From the NCBI GenBank assembly GCA_047495785.1, contig JBLDXI010000001.1:248001-312000 (forward strand): DNA of 64,000 nt. The letters run 5' to 3'. Each line of letters starts with the position of its first letter. Within the stretch, counting starts at the first letter, position 1. A program made the position numbers and the translations under genes. The stretch comes from Lepidodermella squamata. Its lineage: Eukaryota > Animalia > Gastrotricha. A model generated the notes under the pieces. That model was not told the origin of the DNA and did no database searches. It saw only the letters and a list, made by a program, of their open reading frames with translations. Shown here piece by piece: positions 12,550 to 22,800 of the stretch.

Positions 12550-13469
12550 TATGATCAGCAATGTCAGAGAAATAAATTCGAGCTGAGAGCAAGAATGATT
12601 TAAACTTACCAACATACTCCTTCTTATACGTTAGGCGGGCCAATCAGCGATTTGGCGCGCAAAAATAGATCGCGCGCATAGATATACCTCTAAGAAAACT
12701 GCGCAAACTACGGAAAAGAAACCGCGGACATTGCGAGCCGAACCGTGCGTGAAGTCACAAAGCGTGAACAAGAGAGTCCAACAGCTGTTATTATAGGCGG
12801 CGCCCCTGCAGAGTGCGCGCGCGCGGGCGCGCGCGAAAAACTACTCAGGTGAATAGCGCGCGCGGTTTAATTAAAAACAAAACATAATAAAAAGTTATAT
12901 CTTTATTGCGCCACCAGATAAGAGAAAATCAGATGAATGTTAATCAATTGTATTTTCGAACGTCCTGTTACAATCGGCCGACAACCTGAAAAAAATGATA
13001 AAAATATAATCGAGGCCATTTTCCAAGATATCATGCATTATAACAATATTATAATGCAAAATTAATCATCGTATTTTTTCGACGGTAGACCAGCGGCTAA
13101 AAAAAGCAGAATCCCTTATAGCAGCCATGGGTAAGGCGTTAAGTCGGTTCGAAAACGTAAAATATAAAAGACAGCAAAAACGCAAAGAATTTTTCGAATT
13201 TTTCAAAAATTTCGGGAAATTTCACTTGTTAAGAACAAATTTATTGGAATTGAATATGATTTTTTGCGATTAAAACCGTGAAACATACGAGGGATTTTTC
13301 ACAGCTATTTAAGGATTTTTCTCCGCCTCAAAAAATAAAACAAAAACGATGAAATGCGTTAACTTCAGCGCGGGGCTTGTTGAAATTTTAATTAGCGCTC
13401 GTGGCGAAATTTTTTGGCACATATTTCGACGTGGAAAAAGGAAATTCAGATATTTTTAAACAAACCAGG

Positions 13470-16189
13470 CTAGAAAATTTCGTCGTCCAGCTCGATGTCA
13501 ACAGCAATGGAGGAATTCTTCGTGTTAATGATGGCGACCGGGCAGATCACAGCACCGATGTTCAAGCATACGAAAGGAGTTTGAATATTCGAGTCAACTG
13601 AGCTGAATTTTTGAGTTTCAGATCTCATGATGTCATCGCAGCAACAGCTGTACAGCTGCTTCACCAGCTCCGAAGCCCAAGGAGACAATGCAGCGGCGCG
13701 AACGATTGAAAACAAATAGTCTTCAACAATTATTGGGATCTCCCGCACGATAGCCAATAAAGACCCGCCGTTTGCTTCTTGATAGAAGCAATGGACGTCG
13801 TATATGCGCCGATTGTGAGCTCGGAGGGCGTAGGACCGGGGTAACTTCGGTTTCGCACCACGCGATCGAAGACGGGCGGAAATTACGTTCGATTTGAAAG
13901 TTATTTTTGAATAGAATTCGCCGCCCGGGTTGTTTTCGAGCAGCTTGCGGATCTCGCGAGGAATTTTAGCTGTCGACAGCTTTGAATTCGAAGGAAGAGG
14001 CTTTTCTTCAAGCAACATTTTCAACCCGGCAAAGCGGGCCATTTGCTCGATTTGATAGCGTGTCCCATGATAGCACTTTTTCAAATGGGCGATCATTCCT
14101 TCAAATGTGAAAGTGGAAAATTCCGAGAGTCGACCAAATAGCTGCGCGCGATCCGGTAAGTGCATGGCGAGGTGAGGATTTTGGACTTCGCTGTCTCGGC
14201 CGTAAAGACTCCCTAGCTCTCTCTGGTACAGTCGTAAGAGGCGATAGGCAAGATCGGCGTATTCGCCGCGCTCTTCGAAAGTATCAGGCAGTGCTGGACT
14301 CAGCAACAGTCGAATGGCGAGAGTGTAGCTGATGTAATGGAAGTAGACTGCGTCAGAGAGTAGTCGGTACAAAGCGGGCGGACCGAGGATAAGAACTAGC
14401 ACCTTCGTATGCTTCGCACGATACGAACTGTCGAAATGACTCAACAGGGGCAGACGCAGAGACTCCATACAAACGGGCAGTTGCATTCTAGCAATGGAAT
14501 CTTCGAGTACGGTGCGGCTTTCGAGTCCTAACATAGGGTTTGGAGGAAGCCAGCGGACGATGAAATTTTTGTAAACACCCTGGAATTAAAATTATTAAGA
14601 AATTAATAAAGAAATAGGCGAAAAAACTAACCTCGATAGATTGATGAACGTAATCAATGCCGACTTGATTTGGAAGAACAACATCCTCATCATCGTCGAA
14701 ACAGCAATCTCCTTTGCATCCATGGCGGCGTAACCGCCGATCTTCCGCAAACGACTCCGCTGTCCTTTGCTCGGCTGGCACAGCAAGATACTTGCGAACT
14801 AGTACCTTTTTCAGCTCAGCCTCGGTAAGTTTCTCGCCTTTTTGATAGCAGAATAAGCAGCCCCAGTGCCCGTTGTGTGCAATGAAATTGAGAATCGCGG
14901 CCAATGCAGGAAGATCGCCAATTATAACATTGATGTTCATCCTAACAGTGACCGTGACCTCTTCTTCGATTCGCAAAACATAGGTAGACCGAATCGCCTT
15001 CAAGATTGGCTCCAGGTAGAATCGCCATTCAACCTCGTCCTTCGGCTTTCTCACTGCAGACCAAAATCCGAGCAATAGCATGTTACGCTTCTTGAAGCGG
15101 GCCGGCGTAGGAATTGTATTGATTGTGGCAAGAACAGGCCAAACTGCCAGGCGATTCTTACGCGCCAGAGGTGCCCCATCTGTGTTGAGATTGATTGAGA
15201 TTGATTGATCTTTTTCGTCGAAAAGATGACGATTTCGACGAATGACCATGCCCAATTGATGGGAGACGTGACAGTAAACAATCCGAATTTTCTTCGAATT
15301 GTTCGCGTGATCTTCGCCCCGATAGCAGCAATCGCCATTTCGACAAATGTCACCATCAGCTGCGCAGCTGCATTCGATGCAGTGAGTTAACACTTCCGAA
15401 TTTAGCAAACGGCCGATTCGACGAGCTTCCTCGGCACAGTCAGGTACGATGATGCCATCACGTCGCAGAATCTTGCGCAAATCGCTCACAAATCCAGAAT
15501 CAACGCCGAAATTTCGACAGTAAGACTGAAAAATTCTGCACCCCGTTGACATGCCAGTCAGCAGTGATAGGTGCTCTGCAAAAAACTCAACCATGTCAAA
15601 ATGGATGGCGTCCAGATCTTCAGCAAAATTAGCCGATCCATTTCCTAAAGTTACGATGTATAAACAACACAAGACATTTACAAAGTAAATACCAAGGTCA
15701 ATGAGATGATCATCGGCATCGAACGAGTTACTGGGAGCCCTTTCAGCATGGTCATAGTCAACACCCCCATCACCATCATTGATTATGCCGTGGTTATCAA
15801 TGTCTGGAAGAGATGCAATGTCGCTTGGTTCTATTAATAATACGAGCAGATGAGAAATAAGCGAAATTAAAACAGTGCCACCGACCTTGTTGGCCAAGGA
15901 AAGAATCATGAGCTAGCAGTGGAGGAGAATTTTGACTGGCTTGGAGAGAATCTAAACATAACGTAGTATAATAACACGCTCGTGGGTAGAAGAAAAGCAA
16001 ACCTTGTTGGTAATTACTTGAAGATGAGTCTGCTGGACTTGTCGGAGGTAACGAGTTTGCACCATCGCCGCTGGTCGCCGCATGTTCCTGCGTATTCGAG
16101 TTAGGAGCAGCTGGACGGCCGCTACGGTTATAGACAGCGGAGGTAGACGTCGGCTGCGCTGCGCTACCAAGCCTATTAGTTCTAACCAT
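13470..16189 (-). CDS. CMC/EnSpm-family DDE transposase (~837 aa, 5 exons), apparently intact
   Basis: Exons 16189-16003, 15951-15886, 15830-15693, 15644-14632 and 14579-13470 join through 48-55 nt GT-AG introns into 2514 nt of open frame. Motifs: NLNTDGAP...VWPV...N..P..RF...NMLL, GDLPA...N...HNG.WGCxxC, DYVH...GV (the G is made across the 14631-14580 intron), NPHLAMHL, FSTFTFEG. Confidence 0.9.
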
Positions 16190-16649
16190 TTCACCTAAAA
16201 TTGAGAAGTAATGAATGATAACGATGGTTTTAATGGAGCTCTAAGAGCGAGTTTCGACATGATGTATAACGCGAGATATGTATCGCTACGGGAAAACTAG
16301 TGCTACGTGTTACCAGAAGTGAGTATGAGTTGAGAATTAGGGAGGCCACCGCAAACCGCAACGTGGACCGTTGGAATTTCGAATTTCAAAAAATTCATTC
16401 ATACTTGCAATTTATTTATTTATATATAATTATTAAAATAATGTTACTGATAAATATTTTTCAAAATAAATTGAATGCTAAACATTTATATTTAATTATA
16501 ACTTGCTGCAGGTTTTTAGGACTTAAACGTTTTTGGGCGTTTTCAGGACGCAATCAAATTTGCGGCGTTAAGAACGTTTTCAAGTGAGCTACATTGTTGA
16601 AAAACGTCGGATTGTTTTATAGAACTAAATATCTCGGCTTTCAGGTATT

Positions 16650-16806
16650 TCTTCCAAGTTCGTTTAATATCTTCCAAGATTTACTTAGATTGGCTTAAAA
16701 AGCGTCTACAAGAATCTTTCCAAGACTTACCAAGATCATAAAAGATAATAGTCTTTGTTGATCTTGGCTGATCTTGGCCGATTAAAAAAGCCCTAATTCT
16801 CCTGGG
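16650..16806. repeat. Right subterminal repeats plus right TIR
   Basis: Repeated CCAAGA/ATCTT units. TGATCTTGGCTGATCTTGG at 16759-16777 is identical to 9967-9985. TIR at 16795-16806. Confidence 0.8.
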
Positions 16807-19800
16807 ATTAACTGAAAGCTGGCCAATGTCATTGCCATTCATATGATACCAGAAGTGGAAGCAATTGGTTGTAATTGAGCCTTTCGGAATAGGGAAAGGA
16901 GGTGATACTAAACCAGCCCGTTCTCCACGCAGACGCCCTTCAGCTTCGATTTGGACAAAGTAGCCTGAATCAGACTCGGTAGTGTGGTCGATAAGAGGCC
17001 CAGTCAGAGTCGAGTGAGAAACATCGGACCGACGAATGCGTTGCCACTGGAAATCATAAGGATCGACTCCTTCCGTAGTCCAGTCACAAGTGTCTGACTC
17101 AAAATCACACTGATTGCTATTAGTAACGCATTTTCCGCGAGAAACAGCCACGTTATCGATTGCAATATGACCGCGATAAACGCGGACAGAAAAGCCGTAG
17201 AACATAAGGTAATAACGTTCCTTAGGTGGATTTATGGTGACTTGGCCGATACGCCATTGATTGCCCTGAGATGTCGTCCTGGCAAATAAATCGACATACG
17301 AGTTGCGGTAATACAGTCGAACGCGGAATGATCCGGGATGTTCAGGCCCGTAAATGTGGTAATTGAACGTCAGACAATACGGATCTGTCATTGGCTCATA
17401 CCAAGGGCTAATAAGTTGAGCATAGCCTTGGAACGGCTTGTAAGTCAATTCAGAGATGAACAGGTAGTTTTTAGAGCCAGGTGGTGGGGTTCCAGGTCCT
17501 CCAAGTTGAGCCGCTTGCGAACCATCGCCGAAATTCCAATCTAAGTAATCAAAATCCCGATAGATTTGAAATATGGCAGTGCATGGATTCAACTCACCTA
17601 TTTTGGGATCTAGTTCTTTTCGGTCTTGCGTCCATAAGCAAGTCGTTTTATCGTCAAACGAACATGTTAGCTCAGGCAAACTACGGGTGACACTGCATTG
17701 GTCGAAAACAATGTTATCGATGCCGATAGTGGCTTCATTTCGGCCACGAGGCACGTTTAGAGGCACGACTTCGATGTAAATGCGGCTGTTTGCTGGATAC
17801 GACTGCAAAAACGCAACCGGTTGAGAAGTTTGCCAAGTATTTGAAACTTTGAATTCCTGATCTCCCACTCCCTTCGGATCAGTTTCAGGAGGATCAGACG
17901 CTGACTTTATCCGAACAGTCATCCTCACTGCTTCATTAGCGTTCGCACCTTTAATCCAGACGGCGAATTTCATGGTACAGGTGCTTGCCATTCCAGGCAA
18001 CTCCGGGCTAGTAAGGGTTAACATGTCACTGGGGCCACCATTGTTATCTAAATAACAATCGAAACTAATTTAAAGAAAGATAAATACAAGCAAATGCTAA
18101 CAAATGCTGCCACTCGCAATATGAAGGTACCAGCCGCGTGGGTTAGTTGTTGGTGGGCCGTCGTAGCTCGGATCGTTTGGCGCAGGAGAGACTTGCTGCA
18201 CAGCGACGTTCTTCGTAACAGTCTGGGCCCAGCTGCAAGTTGTTCCAGCGGTTTGGTTTCCAACTGAAAATAAAATGTTGCTAGAAAGATTCAAGCATGA
18301 CCAAAAATGATTACATGGCTCGAAATCACAAGGTCCATGTCCATACTCGTCATCACCAAGAGGACTAAAGAAAGCGTCGTAAGTACAATTCAAGAATTAT
18401 CAATATAAATGTTGATTACCAGTCGACCATGAAATCGCCGACATAAGTGCTGGAGAGGCAAACGCCCGGAGGCGATGCACTAGGAGCAACTTGACAGCGG
18501 AAATAGTTCGGTGCGAGACACGTTTTCTCGTCATTTAGGAAGCAACCGGCGGACAGCGTGACGTCATCCAAGGCAACGTAGCCAGTATTAGAAGCCCCGT
18601 TGTTGGTAGCTCTGAACTCAACCGCGAAAGCGCCATCGGTTCCAAATTCTGTCAAGCTTACTTCACCCCTCATCCATGAACCGCCAGTGCTACCAGAAAA
18701 TGTTTCCCCGTACTGAGCATACGAACCGTCAGACTCGCGAACCAAATAAATGTTGAGCGAACTTTGGCTCGAGGCAATTTGATAGAAAAATCTGACCTAG
18801 ATGGCGAAGAATAAGTTAGGACCAGATCAGAGATACTTATTACGAGCTCATACCTTGCAGTCAGAATTGCCCTTCAGATAGAAAGAATTTTTCGACAGAA
18901 TTCTATTGACACCCTTCACATAGGTGTAAACAGAGTAGCCTGGAACCAAACGAATGTTTTAATACAGCTGCAATCAAAAGAGCTTTAGATTACCGTAGTA
19001 AAGGCCGGTGGTGTGATCACGAGTCGGAGCTTGATTATCAATTTTAAGTAAAATCTCCGTAAAAATCTTCGCGAAATTATTACCTTGAGAGGTCAGCTGC
19101 ATTTGCGAGTTGCGTGTTCTATACCATGTTCCCGCACTGACTCCGAATCCGCAAGAATTGGACTCGAAATCGCAGTACAACGCCGTCGAAGCTGTCAAAA
19201 GCAATTGTTTTATACCCTATTGTAAATAAATTATTCTAATTACCGCAGTTAGCTTCGTCACTTCCGTCGCCACAATCGTCAGCAACTGCAATTTTCAAAT
19301 AAGGACAGTGAGTAATGTATACGATTATACAAGAGAATATTTACGATCGCAAACAGCCGATTGAGGGACACAAGCTCCTGTGCTACCGCAGCGGAATTCA
19401 TTGCTGTCACAGGGTGTAGAGCGAGGCACTAAATTTATTTGGTACGAATATGAAATTTCGCAGTAATATGATAGGGCTCACTGGGGAAAGTGCAGTTTTC
19501 AAGAGCGACGTCGTCGACTGCTCCTACTCCACTCGTTGACAAACGCTTAAGCCCTCGGATTAATAGCTGAAAATTGCTGCTATTTGAAATGTTTCATATT
19601 TTTAACGGATTTTTTTACCGAGTAATCGGAATGGATACGGCCTAGCTTCAGTGACGCTTTTTTCCAAACTCCTCTCCCGGTGTTTTCATTGAAGTTGGCA
19701 ATATCAAACCGAGTATCACCCAAGCCGATTGTGACATCAAAATGAGTCCCTGAATGAATAATGGTGTAAATTAATATCAGCAGGGAAGCAGGGTAGGGAA

Positions 19801-22800
19801 GTCTTGCTTACAAATAGTAGTTGAAGTCGTTGAAGGTCCATAGGTTTGATACCAGAATGTTAGCATGCAAGTTTCAGGAGTAGGGCTTATGTGTACTAAT
19901 AGGTCAGCGTGGTCTTGTCGCGTTCCTTCCGTATTCAAAGCTAAAAAAATCTCGAAGCTAACAAAATCGTGCATAAACATTCGAATTTCTACCAATGTAT
20001 TGATAGCCACCAGTTTCAGAGTTCGTAGTGTGATCTTTTGATGGTCCGACATTTTGGGTTTCGTTGTCAACACCATGTCCCAGTGCAAACATTTGATCAT
20101 TTATTTTATTGACGAAGGGCACCCACGAGCAATTTTCCATTGATGTGTCGAAATCGCAATTAAATCCGCAATCAATCTCATCCTCACCATCAGGGCAGTC
20201 TGGTACAAAATCGCAACGTTTCTGGAACGAAATGGTCACAGAACCATCAGGGCGAGGTCGGCTGCAGTTGAAAGTTAGGTGAGGCAGGAGAGTTTCGTTA
20301 TATTTATCGCAGGTTCCAGGCAGCCTGTTTAAAGTTAAAAAATGTGCAATAGTATTGGCACTCTAATCTGGCGATTAGAGCTAGAAACTTACAAAATTGT
20401 GTCATCTACAGCAATGTCGGATTGTCCCGAGCTGCCGATAGTTCCACGAAGTTGCAGAATTATTGGGTTGATTCTGTTCACATCGATCTCAACAAGTGCA
20501 CGCTGCCATTCATTGCCTTGATTTCCAGATTTCTTCCAGAAAACCTTTTCGCCCTCTGCTGCCAATAACACCTCAAGCGAACCCATGCCAATTCCACCGT
20601 ACATGTGGTACCAGAAGCGGAAGCACACCTTGTCATCAGAAAACTGATATGGCGACACATACTCGGATTCGAGGATAGACTTTCTCGCGAAATCAACAAT
20701 CACGCTGTAAGATGACTCGAGGTACATGAAAGAGCCATCACTAGTTCCCAGAGTGTGGTCGACAGAGGGGCCCGTGCCCGGCGTGTTCGTTGGTCCGCGA
20801 TGATCGGTCCAAGTGTAAAAATTCGACGCGCTGTTTTGCCAACCGCATTGCTCATCTTCGAAGTCACATTGAGCAGGCAGAGTGCAAGATCTCATCGTAT
20901 TAATTTCGATGTCATCGATGGATATCCCAGCATTATTGAAGTCACCGGTTGCTTCAATGGCAAGTCGGAAATCGCCGGAGCTTTCAATATCAACAGACAT
21001 TCTGCGCCAAGTTTCCGAAGTGTAAGTCATTGAGTAGACAGCCTTAGCACGCTGTTCCATGTCTAGACCGTTGTCGATCGGGATGACGGTGACAACGAAA
21101 CGAAGGGGTGAAATTCCGCTTGACCAAATCCACATGCGAAGACAGCCAGCCGGTGCCGTGGGGGAAAGCCGATGCTCCGTGCTGTAAAGCTTGGCTCTGT
21201 TACCTTTAGAATCGCTGCCGGCATGCATGTAACGACCGAAGGTACTTTGGTAGGTATGGTCGTAGCTGGGGCCGTATTTAGGTCTAGATTTGCTATCGCC
21301 CTTAGCCCACTGCCACGTTGTTGGAGCGTCGGGGTCTTGGTACCATCCGCAGATGTCTTTATCCTCGAAGTCGCATTCCGTGAACGAGGAACAAGTGCCT
21401 TTAGTCATGACGATATCGTCAATGGCTATTACGCCACTTGATCCGCTGAATTTCGTCGCTTCAACGATGATCTATTAGGATTCAGAAAATCAAATGAATG
21501 CGATGGAGATTCATCTTAAAATATCTTCACCTTGCTGTTAGCCGGAAGCTCGAAATTTGCATGACCCTGAACGTTTAAGACATTTTGAAAGCTAGAATAA
21601 TACAACAGCATTATATCATACTCGAATCCATTTGCTTCCTTGCTCGCCGCTACGTGTCCACTCCAATGCCTCTGCCTCATTACCCACCACAGTATAGATG
21701 TTGAGGCTATCGGCGTGTTTGCCATTGATGTAGTACCAGAAACGGAAACAGTGCGGGACGTTATCCATGTCTGAAGAAAACTGTGGACTCGTGATTCGAG
21801 CAGTACCATTCGGCATGTTCTGAGAGCTCGCAGCTAAGTAGAGATATGAGCCAGTGCCTTCAACATCGCTGTCCGGACCGAACTGAGAGGCCTTTCCCAT
21901 TCCGCGCTCGAAAACGTACTCCTGCGCCTCGTCGGTTTTCCAACCACACAAGTCGTCGTCGAAAGTGCAGGAGAATCCGGAAACGGGCGGAACGGCTGTC
22001 ATTACATTACATTAAATTATAATTTGAAAGATAGCTAAGCTTTACTTGTAGGAGGAGCTGGAGTAGTCGGTTCCAGGTTTGAGCAGGGCGTATTTTCAAG
22101 GAAGCTCACGTCGTCGATTGCGACGTAGCCCGACGTATCAAGCGACGTGCGGTCAACCGATAAAGTAAGCCTGAGCGTTGAGCCTGTGATAAATGCACAA
22201 ATGCGGAAATGACAAATTTATACACCATTTCGACTCTAATTACCCGGCGCAACCGAAGTTTTAGCTCGCCACCAACCACCTTGTGTGGCAATTTCATACG
22301 ACGAGATTGAAGACCCGACTGCTAGCTGTAGCCTCATTGCACCTTTGAGTTGATACCAAACTGTCACGCATCCCTCCGCATTGTAAGGTCCAGTCAGCGG
22401 GGACTGGATTGCAGGTCTCAATACGTCAGACGACCAGTCACCATAGACGAACAAGTAATGTCCGAATGCGGAATTCGTGGTGAAATCAGCTTGTGGTGCG
22501 TCAGCAGGCAGGTCGCCGCTAGCTGGCGAAGTCCAAATCATGGATTCTGAACCGCTGACCGCATTCTGATAGCCACACATGCTGTCTTCCCAAGTGCAAG
22601 CCATAGGATCCGGGCAACGACCATTCACAATAAGCAGATCATCCAAGCCAACTACATTTGAATCATCAGCCGTAGCACCGCTGAAAAGGACCTTCGCCGT
22701 CGAAATCAAGCTGTTCGAATCTGGAGGAACTGTGGCGTAACCAAGCTCCCAGTTACCCTTAGTTGAACCTGTAAGGCGCTTCAGTTCCACATTTCTAGCG

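Larger units (their letters stand above)
9828..16806 (-). mobile_element. Full-length CMC-superfamily (CACTA/EnSpm-like) DNA transposon, 6979 bp, two genes, inserted into a MAM-coding exon
   Basis: Perfect 12-bp TIR: CCCAGGAGAATT at 9828-9839 and AATTCTCCTGGG at 16795-16806. AT is duplicated at 9826-9827 and 16807-16808. Removing the element plus one AT restores the MAM frame ...WYHMNGNDIGQLSVN-VYPSKNRRVTFSRSGNHGNHWWEG. The internal transposase has EnSpm-type motifs. Confidence 0.93.

Noticed and set aside
9826-16808. Element as a precise introner-type intron
   Set aside because: The termini are CCC...GGG with an AT TSD, not GT...AG. Any splicing must use internal sites and leave a scar.
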